Below the pieces are notes generated by a model that worked only from the letters and a program-made list of their open reading frames with translations, searched no databases and was not told the origin of the DNA. From positions 207,762,001 through 207,826,000 of the forward strand of contig NC_042997.1 in NCBI RefSeq assembly GCF_006345805.1: a DNA stretch of 64,000 nt, written 5' to 3'. The position numbers and the translations under genes are program-made. The DNA is from Octopus sinensis (taxonomy: Eukaryota). Below are positions 20,931 through 33,779 of the stretch, piece by piece. The first letter of the stretch is position 1; each line of letters opens with the position of its first letter.

Positions 20931-21842
20931 ATAAAGGAGCTGTGGTGCATATTTTTTCTCTTGATATAGATATTCTTTCAGATATATATACTGTAACTGT
21001 TTTTCTGTGGTGAGATTTTCACACTAACAGCATGAGTTGAATCTGTATTTATCTTGTTGTGTACAAGTTGAATCTTTGTAGATAGAGACGATGTTGTGAT
21101 GACGTTATGTCTGTCACCTGGTTTACAATAGCGTCTTCACATTATGTTTGGCTTGGCTGTCGTCTGCCTTTCGAACTGGAACATGGTTGAGTAAGCTCTG
21201 TGTGGTCTCCGACCAAGACCTTAAAAGGTCTTAAGCCGAAAGACAGTGAATCATCAAATAATCAGTCTATTTATGGAGTTAAGATGGCTCAAATGAAAGG
21301 TCCTATCCGAAAGCCGTGATCGGTCAGTTTACACACTGGCGCGAAGTAAGTAGAGAGACAGAACGCACTTAGATGCTAACCAATCAAAATAGTGGACACA
21401 ACAGGGTTAAACTAGCCAAAGATGTTTGTAATCTCAAACAAGATCATTCTTAATATTTCTCTCAAACAGTGAAGATAGCAATGAAGAAAACAATATTGCT
21501 AACACTCTCTTTATCAGTCACTTCCTTTATATGTTTTTTTTCTTTCCATTTTGTCTGTTGTAAATGTGGTGTTAGTAGTGTCATGGGCTGTGATGGAGCT
21601 ATGTGGTGTTGGTGGAGGGGATTGCAGATGAAGTGGACGAAAGTAAGACTTGCAGGGGCCGGTGAGACAGGCAGAGGGCGTGCGTAGGCAGGAAGCGCAT
21701 GGGGTCAGTTCGAGCAGAGAGACAAGACGTGTTTAATTCGTGAGAGTGACCGCTGATTCTGCCGAGGTCAACAGGTCAGGCCTTTTGTATTTTTCCCATT
21801 TGCTTCCTTTTCTGTTGTCCTTTTCCTCCATCACACTACAGT

Positions 21843-22026
21843 AAATGATAATAATAAACTTTTATCACAAAGTTTTCATACAAGTAAATTGTGTTAAAAG
21901 AGGGCAGAGGGGAAGTGTTTTTCTCGGAAAAACACTGATGTCATACAAAGTTGTTGTTAAACCAATCAACGGCTTAAAAACGATTAAATAAAGATTCAAG
22001 TTTCACTTTTGCTCAGAGTTGTGACA
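21843..22026 (+). repeat. Interspersed ~185-bp repeat, second copy at about 47513-47705
   Basis: AATAATAAACTTTTATCACAAA...GAGGGCAGAGGGGAAG...TTTTGCTCAGAGTTGTGAC is shared in direct orientation. Confidence 0.8.
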
Positions 22027-23250
22027 GCTACACTTTCAGAGCATCCACCCCACTACTGACTTGGTCACCTAAGTAATGGAAGCTATCAACTACTTCTAGT
22101 TTTTCTCCCTGGAATGTTGCAGAAGTTGTTTTCTGGAGATTTTCAGTGTTTATTGCTCCTAAGCATCTGCCATATACAAAAACTATCTTCCCAGTTAGCC
22201 TTCCTTTGATATTGCTGCACCTCTTATGTATCCATAGCTTACACTGGGTACATCTTATAGAGTTTCTATATACACCTTTTCTACAGATCGAGCAGGGCCA
22301 TCTACCTGAAGGCGTTTGTGATTTGTCTACCTTCCTACTGATTACGACTTTGGTTTTAGCTAGGTTGACTCTAAGGCCCTTCAATTCTAATTCCTTGTTT
22401 CCACACCTGAAACTTTCCTCGATTTCTGATAGTGACTCAGCTATTAGAGCAAGGTCGTCAGCATAGAGGAGCTCCCAGGGACATCTTGTCTTGAATTCCT
22501 CTGTTATTGCCTGGAGGACTATGAAAAATAGGAGGGGATTAAGGACTGAACCTTGGTGGACCCCTACCTCTACCCGGAATTCTTCACTGTACTCGTTGCC
22601 AACCCTCACCTTACTGATAGCGTCCCCGTACATGGCTCGCACAGCTCTCACTAACCATTCATCTATCCCTAGTTTCCTCATTGACCACCAGATAAGGGAT
22701 TGTGGGACCCTGTCAAAGGCTTTCTCTATGTCAACGAAAGCCAGGTACAGAGGTTTATCTTTGGCTAGGTATTTCTCCTGCAGCTGTCTTACCAGAAATA
22801 TAGCATCAGTGGTACTTTTCCCTGCACGAACCCAAACTGCACCTCATCTAAACTAACTCTCTCCCTAATCAGTTAGGCTATGACCCTCTCCATAACCTTC
22901 ATTACCTGATCCAACAGCTTGATACCTCTGTAATTATTTGTATCTAAGGCATCACCTTTACCTTTGTAGCAGTTGACTATTATGCTGCTACACCAGTCAT
23001 TGGGTATGACTCCTTTGTGTATCACCTGGTTAACTAATTGGGTAACTAGGCTATAGCCGACATGCCAGATATTTTGAGCGTCTCTGAAGTGATTCCTGAT
23101 GGGCCAGTGGCTTTCCCTGTCTTCATACTCTTAATTGCTTTATCTACCAAGGTACTGTCAACTCAGATAGCTGGTCTCTCTGTTGGGTCAGCATTCGGTA
23201 AACTCTCTTTCTCCCATTCATTCTCTTTATTGAGCAACCTTTCTTAGTGG
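22027..23250 (-). mobile_element. RTE LINE internal fragment (RT with YADD and PHD finger)
   Basis: ORF 22028-22681 is nearly identical in sequence to 861-1500. The upstream RT region is frameshifted. Confidence 0.92.
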
Positions 23251-23309
23251 CGTCTCCAAATCTCTCTCTTTGCACATTAGATTAATATAAGCAATGTCAA
23301 CCACTACCA

Positions 23310-23480
23310 CTGTCATCATCGTCATCAATTTTCCATAAAGGAATATGTTGAATACTTTGACAGGATCTGGTGAGCAGCATTGACCTCTAGGGTCAGCTTT
23401 GGCATGGTTTCTATTGCTCGGTGCCCTTCCTAATGCCAACCACTTTACAGAGTGGACTGGGGGAAATTTTCCTGCTGTCA
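23310..23480 (-). mobile_element. OK-type SINE or RTE tail fragment
   Basis: Reverse complement of GTGGTTGGCATTAGGAAGGGCA..., with a (GAT)n-like tail. Confidence 0.55.
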
Positions 23481-23764
23481 TTACGAGTGAGGTTGCCAAG
23501 ACAGAAAAAGAAAAAACTCCTACTAAATGGAGTGAGGAATCAAAAGGGTTATGTAGGGATTATGGTAGGTGTTGAAAGGCTAAAGTACGATCAAGGAGGT
23601 ACAATAGAGAAAATATAGAGCACTGTTCTGTTTCCAGTTGCCACGCCATTCTGTGTCCACTCATTAAAACTTTTTAATCATCAACAATTTGGCTGTCACG
23701 GTTAAGCTTTTACAATGAAGAGGTCTCAACAGTGAAACATGTCTGAAGTTGTCTCTCTATTGCT

Positions 23765-23837
23765 AAATTCATTCCTTCACCATATGCTGAAGGAATGAAC
23801 TTGATATTCCTTCAGCATTTGGTGAAGGAGTGAATTT
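23765..23837. other. Near-perfect 32-bp hairpin with a 9-nt loop
   Basis: 23765-23796 pairs with 23806-23837: 30 Watson-Crick pairs, 1 G-U and 1 mismatch on the + strand. Confidence 0.9.
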
Positions 23838-23856
23838 GAAATGACACAGCCAGGAA

Positions 23857-24748
23857 TTGAACGTGATGGAAGTTCCCGGCTCACACCCACAAGGTCGCCT
23901 GTTTTTCGTTTGTGATCGTGTAACAGGCATGCGTTTCTTGGTTGACACCAGCGCAGAAGTCCGCATCATCCCTGTTTCCAACACTTCAGGAAAAAGAAAA
24001 GGGACACCAGTCTGTCTTCAGGCAGTTAACCACTCACCCATTCCAACCTACAGTGAACAGTCCCTAACGTTGAACTTAGGACTATGCCGCACCTTTCAGT
24101 GGGTTTTTGTCATTGCTGAACTGCCGACCCCTATTTTAGGAGCTGATTTCCTGCATTATTTCAGTCTCCTGGTAGACATTAAAAACAGACAACTTGTCGA
24201 CAGCACCACGCAGCTTACTGTGCGCGGTTTGGCCGCTCGTATGCCCACAACAACTCGTCACAGTTCTATCCTGAAAGAATATCCGGATGTTGCTCGACCA
24301 GTGTTCCACAACCAGTCGATCAAGCACAAAGTCACCCACCACATCAAAACCAGCGGTCCACCTGTTGCTGCAAGGCTCAGAAGGATACCACGTGATCATC
24401 TCAAGGCCGTCAAGTGGGAATTCCAGCACATGCTTGACCTTGGAATCATCCGCCCTTCCAGCAGCAACTGGTCCTTGCTGATACACTGAATCCCCAAAAT
24501 ATCATCGACCGATTGGCGGGTTTGCGGTGTACTGTACTGTAAGTGATGCGTATCCAGTGCCCTATTTGCAGGATTTTTCTAGCTCGCTGCATGGAGCTTG
24601 CATCTTTTCCAAGATCGACCTTGTGCGAGCATACAACCAAATCCCAGTGGAACCTGTGGACGTCCCGAAGACAGCAGTTACTACACGCTTCAGAATGTTT
24701 GAATTCCCGTGTATGCCTTTTGGTTTACGCAACGTGGCACAGACATTC
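23857..24748 (+). mobile_element. Host Ty3/Gypsy pol, 5' part (protease, start of RT), defective
   Basis: FLVDTSAE (DTGA-type protease), ILGADFL, GIIRPSSSNW, FSKIDLVRAYNQIPV and MPFGLRNVAQTF. Interrupted at 24749. Confidence 0.92.
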
Positions 24749-24847
24749 TGTTACACATTCATATCTGTGTGTATATGTTGGCACACTTGTATGGTATACA
24801 TCCCCACTTTTGGCACTATTTTGTTAGTGAACAAACTACACATAACA

Positions 24848-24860
24848 TGGTGGCAGTGGT
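24848..24860 (+). promoter_or_regulatory. Primer-binding site (probably tRNA-Leu)
   Basis: TGGTGGCAGTGGT directly after the 5' LTR, one mismatch from TGGTGGCAGCGGT, which is complementary to the tRNA-Leu 3' end as I recall it. Confidence 0.7.
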
Positions 24861-27800
24861 AAATAATTAATCGGAAACTGTGCCTTTACAGCAAAACAGA
24901 AACGCAACGAACCAGGAATTTAACAAACAAAACATCGCTTCGTCTTCGGACAACACGAGGATCCAAAATGGCCACCCCCGTCGCCATACAGATGAATCTA
25001 CATCCGATCATGAATTGGGACTCCGGTGATATGTTGGAAGCATTTAAGAAATTCAAACAGAAAACTCAACTAGTTTCAAAAGTTTCCTGAAAGGCACAAC
25101 TGATGATGAGAAGGTAAGCTATATCCTTTTATGGTCAAGCAATAAAGGTATAGACCTATTCAATAGCTAGGATATGTCAGAATCGGATTGCAATAACCTA
25201 GATACACTTTTAGAGAAATTTGAAAGGCACCTAGAGCCCAGATCGAACCATAGAATTCACAGATACGAATTCCAGGGCCTGAAACAAGACCCACAAGAAA
25301 CGATTGACAATTTCCTGTCCAGACTAAAGAATGTTGCCGAAAAATGCAAATTCAAAGATAAGGACGAAAGAATCGTTGATCAATTAATATGGGGGTGTGC
25401 TCATAAAGAAGTTCAGAAATCCCTCATAGGTAAGGACGCTCTCCAGTTGATAGAAGCAGTAGACACTGCAAGAGCATTCGAAGCCACTACCAAACAAATG
25501 GCCTCACTTACCTTACAAACAAGCTCACTAGGCAGCAGTATAGATATTGTATCTAGGCACAGGACAAAACATACCTGCAAACAAAGAACATGCCAGTACT
25601 GTGGTACAGAGCATGAGTTCGATAACCGGAAGAAATGTCCTGCATTCGGTACACACTGCAAAGCATGTGGAAAACTTAACCACTGGGGAAAAATGTGTAG
25701 GGTAACAAAATCGCAGAAATACAAGCCCCAATTTTCAAAGAGGAGCGGAAATAGAAGAAGAGATATACATGCCCAACAACAAGAACAAAACACCTCAGAG
25801 GAGGAATTCTTGGCAGTCGGCACAATAAATGTGCATGAGATGGGAAATGACGACCAGAGAAAAAATGAGGCATACACAACAATAAGAATACAAAAGAAGT
25901 CTGGCAAGAAACGAATAAACATTGACTTAAGGCTGAAGATTGACACTGGAGCCCAGAGTGATATCTTACCTGTCAACCTCTACAAAAAGATGTTCCCAGA
26001 ACACATGACAGAAGGGGATAAAGTCAAAGAAGGAATCCTCACACCAAGTGATGTAATCCTCACTGCGTACAGAGGTACCAGGATTCCACAACTGGGTAAA
26101 ACAACTATCACAGGGACACACAAAGGAAAAACAATCAAGTGTTCTTTTTATGTCACAATTCTTGGACTAAATACCTGCAAAAAGCTAAATATTGTGTCAA
26201 TCAATGCTGAAGTGAAAGCAGCTCCAAGCAGGATTGACAGAGATATGCCTATCAAAGACCGACCACCAATCACAAACAAAGAAGAACTGATAAGCATGTA
26301 CCCTGAATGCTTTGACGATACAGTCGGGTGCTTTGTGAAATGTCGATATCATATAACAGTCGACCCCAATATCAAACCAATTGTTCACCCACCTCGCCGC
26401 GTCCCTCTAGAACTAAAAGAGAAGCTGGAGACAGAGTTGGACAGAATGGAAAAAAAAGAAATATTCACCAAAGTGACACGACCAACAGACTGGGTGAATT
26501 CAATTGTAATCAAGGAAAAACCCAATGGTACCCTACGGATATGCCTCGACCCAAGGGACCTGAACAAGGCATTAAAAAGAGAGTACCATCCAATTCCAAC
26601 CCTTGAAGAAATCACACCATCATTGGCTGGATCCAAATTATTCAGCAAACTGGATGCCAGTAAGGGGTACTGGAATATAAAGATAGACAAAGAGTCATCC
26701 ATGCTCACTACCTTCAACACACCATTTGGCAGATATCGGTTCAACCGACTCCCATTTGGATTAAAGGTGAGCCAAGATGTTTTCCAGCGCCAAATAGATG
26801 AAACCTACCAAGGCTGCAAGGGAGCAATTGGAATAGCAGATGACATCCAAGTGCATAGCAAGGATGAAACCACACATGACTTCAATTTACATGAAGCTAT
26901 GGAGAAAACCCGACAAGCAGGCATCAAACTCAATGCAGACAAGTGTATAATAAAAGCAAAGGAGTGCAAATTCTTTGGAATTATATACTCTGCAGGGGGA
27001 GTTAAACCAGACCCCGCTAAAGTGGAAGCCATCAGAGACATTAAAGATCCTAAAGACAGGAAGGAACTCAGGAGCTTCCTGGGACTCATCCACTACATGG
27101 GAGCCTTCATACCCAAGCTGGCCGATCACACTGCAAATCTCCGAGAACTAAACAAAGATGACGTAGAGTTTGATTGGTGTGCTTTACACACAGGATTTCA
27201 AAACAATCAAAAAATTCATCAGTAAGGAGACAACTCTGCAATACTATGACAGACGCAAACCAGTAACACTCCAAGTCGATGCTTCTATGAGAGGAGTTGG
27301 CGCAGCACTGATACAGGAAGGTAAACCCATTGCATATGCCTCGAAAGCTCTCTCACCCACAGAGGCAAGGTACACAAATATTGAAAGGGAACTCCTGGCA
27401 GTAGTATATGGATGCGAAAAGTTCCATACATACCTGTATTGCAGACATTTCAATATAGAAACAGACCATCGCCCGCTAGAACAAATACATAGAAAAAACC
27501 TGACAAAAGCACCAGCCAGACTGCAAAGATTACTGTTAAGGCTTCAAACATACGACTGTGACATCAGGTACAAGCCAGGAAAAGACCTGATATTGGCAGA
27601 TGCTCTTTCCAGACTATCCTCACATGATAAACAGGAGATGGAAGGACTAAGCATAAAGGTCCACCACATTGTAAATGTGACAACCACAAAGCTAGCGGAA
27701 ATCAAAGAGGAGACCAGCAAAGATGAAGAACTTCAACTCCTTACTCAGATGGTGATTCAGGGGTGGCCAGAAAAGAGACATCAGGTGCAGCCCCTAATTT

Positions 27801-29147
27801 GTGAATATTGGGCCATCCATGATGATATATCAGTGGAGAATGGAATCCTGATGGCTGGATCCCGAATAATTATACCCAAGTCAATTCAAAAAGAGATTCT
27901 TGACAAGATCCACCAAGGGCATCTCGGAATGGAGAAATGCAAGCTCCGAGCCAAGTCAGCAGTATATTGGGTAGGTATGTACAAAGACATAGAGAAGACA
28001 GTTTCTACATGCCACATCTGTCAAAAGTACAGAAACTCACAACAAAAGGAGGAAATGATATCTAGTGACATCCCAAGAAGGCCATGGCAAACTATTGGAG
28101 TAGATCTGTTCACAGAGGGCCAAGAATGGTATTTGATAATGGCCTGCTACTATTCCAAATTTCCATTTGTGAGAAAAGTGAAAGATCTGACAGCCAAAAC
28201 AATCACTACAGTGGCTCGAGGACTTCTAGCAGAGCAAGGAATACCAGAGCAGATCATATGTGACAATGGAACCCAGTTCACATCGCAAGAATTCAAAAAG
28301 CTAGCCGATGAGTATGGGTTCAATATTACAACTTCATCTCCACACTACCCCAAAGGTCATGGGTTTATAGAAAGACAGGTGCAGACAGTGAAGAGAACAC
28401 TAGTCAAATGCAGAGAGACTAAGGAAGACCCACACCTGGCACTTCTGTCCCTATGAGCGACACCACTGAGAGCTGACATGAAATCCCCAGCAGAATTGCT
28501 GAATGGCAGGAAGTATAAAACTACCCTGCCAACCAAGATCCAACCTCCTATTGACCAGGAAGAGACAAGGGCAAAGCTAGCTGCCACTCAAGAACAATCA
28601 CAGAGGTATTACAACAAACATGCACAATATTTACCTGAGATTCTTGGAGGACATGTGCATACTCAAGATCCCATAACTAAAACATGGATCCCAGCACAGG
28701 TTGTCAGTAGAGCTGAAACTCCAAGATCATATATAATAGAAATGGAATCTGGTAGGCAGCTGAGACGCAACAGGGCCCACATCCGCCCAACACCAAAGCT
28801 GTCAAGGACAACGTGTACAACACCTGCTGCATCAGTGACAACACCTACAGAATCATCACCCCAACGGGTACAAACCACCTATCAGCAGCCCAACAACACA
28901 CCTCAGACACCGGTGCGAAGCACAAGATCCACCAGATGGAGAAAGAACATTCTGCCACCGGTTCGATACCGCTAAAGAAAAAAAAAAGAAATGAAAAGAT
29001 AAGTAGCTAATTTAGCTAGATTACAAAGCAGAGGCAGAATAATCTCACGGTTTCTGCTGCAGGATTGCCACCTCAGGCTGACAATCCATTAGAGTAAGGG
29101 AGACTACTTATATTGTCTTCACTGCCAAAAGACCCCTTTATTTTTTC

Positions 29148-29159
29148 AAGAAGAAGGGA
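29148..29159 (+). promoter_or_regulatory. Polypurine tract
   Basis: AAGAAGAAGGGA immediately before the 3' LTR TG. Confidence 0.85.
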
Positions 29160-29397
29160 TGTTACACATTCATATCTGTGTGTATACGTTGGCACACTTG
29201 TATAGAATACATCCCCACTTTTGGCACTATTTTGTTAGTGAACAATACAAACTGTGTGTAAAACATATTATGTATCACTACGCCGAATGTTGACAAGTCA
29301 GTGTAACATGAAAAGTAAATAAACACGTAAAACAATAACAATGGCTTTCATATTGGTTGTCTATCCCATTAGAACCCAAACTACACATAACACATTC

Positions 29398-31517
29398 CAA
29401 AGGTTTATCGACATGGTTACTAGAGATCTGCCTTTTGTCTATGCCTACATAGACGACATACTCATGGCCAGTAGCTCAGACGAAGAACGTGACCTGCACC
29501 TGCTATTTGAACGCCTCTGCAAATACAGTGTTGTTATCAACCCCAGCAAGTGTTCGTTTGAGTTGCTTCCCTTCATTTTCTCGGACACATCTCCTTCCCG
29601 AGAAAGTCAAGGCCATCGTGGATTTTCCACCACCCACATCTCTCTGCAAATTAAGGGAATATTTTGGCCTAGTGAATTTCTATCAAAGGTTCGTACCCCA
29701 CCTCGCTGAGATAGTGCAACCGCTCACGGATTTGGTATGTCAGTGAACTTGCAAAAATACAGAAATTGCCCTGAACGAAGATCAATTCAAGATCTCTTTC
29801 ACTGCCCTGAAAAAAGCGTTATCCAACGCTACCATGTTGGTTTATCCAAAACCATACGCCCCACGATGTTTACTCATTGATGCATCCGATTTCGGAATTG
29901 GAGGTGTACTACAGCAGCTTGTTGACGGCATATGGCAACCGTTGTCCTTCTTTTCTAAGCGGTTAAAATCCACTGAAACAAAATACAGCACATTCAGTCA
30001 GGAATTATTAGCGGCATACCTGGTCGTTAAGCATTTCCGTCACATGCTAGAAGGTACCAATTTTGCCATATACACCGACCACAAGCCATTGGTATATGCA
30101 TTTAACACCAAGCTGGATCGCCACTCGCCGAGAGAAATCCGCCACCTCAACTTCATATCGCAGTACACGACAGATATAAGCCACATCAAAGGGACAACCA
30201 TCTTAGCAACCGATGCACTTTCACGCACGCAGATCAATGCTATCCACACCACGGCTACAATTGATCTGGCACGTATAGCAGCTGACCAGGAGAATGACAA
30301 AGAACTTCTAAAGCTCCGGAATTTGTCATCTCTGAAATTTCAGCATGTTCCGCTACCATCATCCACGGCCCATATTTGGTGTGATATCTCCACCAGTCAC
30401 CAACGCCCTTATATACCACTAACATCATCAAGAAGTTTTCTCCGCTCTGCATTCTCTGTCACATCCTGGTATTTACTCCACTCAAAAGCTGATATCGACC
30501 CATTTTGTGTGGACCAGTATCAACAAGGATATCAGAAAATGGACCAAGTGCTGTGTCGTGTGCCAAAAAGCGAAAATCTACCGGCACATAAAATCACCAA
30601 TCGGTCCCTTTTCGCAACCCGACGCACAATTTCAGCACGTTCACATTGACATCGTGGGACCTCTTCCACCTTCGCAGAATTATACATATTTGCTTACCTG
30701 CGTGGATCGTTTTTCGCGGTGGCCCGAAGCTTGGCCCTTATCTGATACATCAGCAGAAACAGTCGCCAAAACATTGGTATCACAATGTGTTTCGCGTTTT
30801 GGCACACCCGCAACAATCACCACCGACAGAGGACGTCAGTTCGATTCCCACCTTTTCACCGAGCTGACTCGTCTCCTCGGGTGTAAACACACCCGCACTA
30901 CGGCTTACCACCCTGAAGCAAATGGCATGGTCGAACGCTTTCACCGCCAACTCAAGACATCTATCAAAGCAGCTCCAGACAGTTCTCACTAGTTGGAACA
31001 TCTTCCTCTAATCCTCCTTGGAATTCGATCCATGGTTAAGGAAGAACTGGGATATACTCCGGCTGAACTCATCTATGGCACAGCACTCACCTTACCTGGG
31101 CAGATGATCGAACCTGTTTTATCACAAGACTTTCCTGACCCACAACAATATGTGCACCGATTACGGACATCCATGTCGCAGTTATCACCTTCAGGCCCCA
31201 GAAAACAGAACGTCGTTTCACGAGTCCCAAAAGACATCAACACCTGGACTCATGTTTTCGTGAGGAATGATGGGATACCATCTCAACTTCGCCCACCATA
31301 TTCCGGGCCCTACAAGGTCACCAAAAGAGAACTCAAGTATTTCGTCCTCAATATTGGAGATAAACGAAATACGGTCTCGATTGATCGTTTAAAAAAAGCC
31401 TTCATCGAGGAGGACTTACATTCAGTTCCCTCCTTTCCTCGAACAGACTCAACAACTCCAGCAAACACCACAGATTCTGCACAACCCCGACACACCAAAT
31501 CGGGAAGAACAGTTTGA
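29398..31517 (+). mobile_element. Host Gypsy pol, 3' part (RT YIDD, RNase H, integrase), frameshifted
   Basis: Resumes as QRFIDMVTRDLPFVYAYIDD, then [47 protein letters not shown] and TKSGRTV*. Confidence 0.93.
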
Positions 31518-32132
31518 TGGCCAGCAAGGTTTGTGCAAGTTTTTCGGGTAAGTTCCGAACTCTTAACCTACCCATCTTAAATGAAATGCATACATCAACA
31601 CATAACTCACATGATTGCTCACATACAAACCAAAAGAAATCAACCAACATTTTGTATACATAAAGAAAAACAAAAAAGGAAAACAAAACAAAAACGTTCC
31701 ACATCAATGAAAAACTTTCTGTACGTACGTATGTTTTGTTTTCTCTTTAAAATGTTTTGCCTTCTTGTAAAAATATTTTGCTACCTGTATGCTTACACAC
31801 ACTTACAACAGTCACATTCTCATGTGTGCTACCACTCGATCTTTTTCGCCACTGAAAGACACCTTGCCTCTATTAGACCTCTAGTGGGTCGAGTAATCAA
31901 TAGACGCACATCTCTTTCAACGCGCCGACATATTTCTGCCTGGGTACATATACGTATTGCTCACCATATAGCACACACCAACAGTAAACTTTTGCTTCAT
32001 ATTTTTATATCCCGTTTTTGATATATATTCATTTGTCTGTTACAATGTGTAAATTCTTTCTGCATACACGCAAAAAAATAACATTTCCAATATCGTTCGA
32101 TCTCTGTGGCTTTCTCACTAGATGTGGGGTAG

Positions 32133-32696
32133 TGTAAGAATTAACACTTCCTTCTCCAAGCCTAGATTCGAAACCGAATCCAAGAATTCTCGGTCGTCCA
32201 AACCATGACGATCAACAGGCACGAAAAAAGGTTTTCTTTGTCCTGTCAAAAATTGATTGATCATCTCCCTTTGACCTGTGACCTCAGCCATGTCATGCGA
32301 ATTTCAACTGGACAGGGGCTGACCTATTTAGGTACAACTTCTGCCGCAGTATGTCTGTCTTTCTAGCTGCCAGTATTTGTTATAAATACAGTAGTGAATC
32401 GAGAAAGCGAGGCAGACAAACGGGGCAGACAGGCGAAAAAAGATATACGACACGACAGGTTTTGGCAGACCGCAGAGGCTGAGAGAAATGTTCGAAGCAC
32501 CACGGTAGACTACTGTCTAAAATGAACAATGCACACACACAAACACACACAAATGTACTCCATATTTCTAGCAACTCGTTGCAGTTACCAACATTTTGTA
32601 TGTAGTGTACCTATAACGAATCAAATCCTGTAAATAAATTCTTTTCAATTATGGATCGGTTTACGTATTTGTTTATATACACACTTAACCACTACA
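32133..32696 (+). mobile_element. Probable 3' LTR of the host Gypsy
   Basis: Starts TGTAAG after the purine-rich GGGGTAG, has AATAAA near 32633 and ends ACCACTACA. No matching 5' LTR in the window, so the boundaries are unconfirmed. Confidence 0.5.
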
Positions 32697-32742
32697 CACA
32701 CACACATAAACACACACACACACACATAAACACACACACACA

Positions 32743-32794
<52 letters not shown>

Positions 32795-32894
32795 AGTACA
32801 GCAAAAATTTATATTCAAATGAATATGGTACTTAATTTAGATGCACCAGAATACTGTATGGTGTTATCCATAAAAATCCGTGGGGTGGCTATAA

Positions 32895-33591
32895 TCAAAA
32901 TAAGCAACAAGAATGACCCCGGTAATTTGGTACGATCGTTTCGTACTACATCATTTTATTAAATGTTGTAAGTATTACAACAGTTTTAAAATGCTGAGCA
33001 CTCTTCAGCCAATTATAGAGGTTTTCCAATAATACAAAAATTTTCATATCAAGTGGCAACATTATAGAGAAGGTAGATACATAGACAAAGATGTGGATTT
33101 AAATTTTAAGAACATTTGAGGTAGTGGAGCTCATCAACTGACTGACTAAGATTCGGTTGCTCCAGATACTGAAAGATTCTGAGAGGGAAGAATAAGTGGA
33201 AAGAGACAATAAAGAATTTTCTAATTATAGAAATGGGTTAGGGTTAGGATTATTTCTATAATTAGAAAATTCTTTATTGTCTCTTTCCACTTATTCTTCC
33301 CTCTCAGAATCTTTCAGTATCTGGAGCAAACGAATCTTAGTCAGTCAGTTGATGGACTCCACTACCTCAAATGTTCTTAAAATTTAAATCCAAATCTTTG
33401 TCTATTTGTCTACCTTCTCTATAATGTTGCCACTTGATATGAAAATTTTTGTATTAATGGAAAACCTCTATAATTGGCTGATGAGTGCACAGCATTTTAA
33501 AACTGTTGTAATACTTACTATATTTAATAAAATGATGTAGTACGAAACGATCGTAGCAAACTAACGGAGTCATTCTTGTTGCTTATTTTGA
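32895..33591. mobile_element. ~700-bp palindromic foldback element (340-bp arms, 17-nt loop)
   Basis: 32895-33234 is the reverse complement of 33252-33591 with scattered mismatches. The loop is GGGTTAGGGTTAGGATT and the flanks are TA-rich. Confidence 0.92.
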
Positions 33592-33629
<38 letters not shown>

Positions 33630-33779
33630 TTGCACAGGGATTGCCCCTTTACCCATCTGTGTTTGCACAGGGATTGCCCCTTTACCCATCTCCCGGGGAC
33701 TCGTCGGACATTTAAAGATAACCACTCACATAAAAATAGCCGCGGCCACAGTCACCTGCGGTTCCCTAGACAGGAAACC

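Larger units (their letters stand above)
24749..29392 (+). mobile_element. Nested Mag-clade-like Gypsy LTR retrotransposon, full length but mutated
   Basis: TG...CA LTRs at 24749-24847 and 29160-29392, with TSD CATTC (24744-24748 and 29393-29397). Gag starts at 24968 and has two Cys/His knuckles. Protease IDTGA, RT IADD, RNase H and integrase HHCC/DDE. Frameshifts near 25075 and 27200, stops near 25170 and at 28454. Confidence 0.95.

Noticed and set aside
23812-23840. 16-nt identity (CAGCATTTGGTGAAGG) with the start of the PARP exon
   Set aside because: The similarity does not extend. The bases are explained as the 3' arm of the local hairpin.
33470-33510. CUGAUGA-GUGC-ACA-GCAU in the palindrome arm as a hammerhead
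   Set aside because: No GAAA follows the stem (UUUAAAAC instead).
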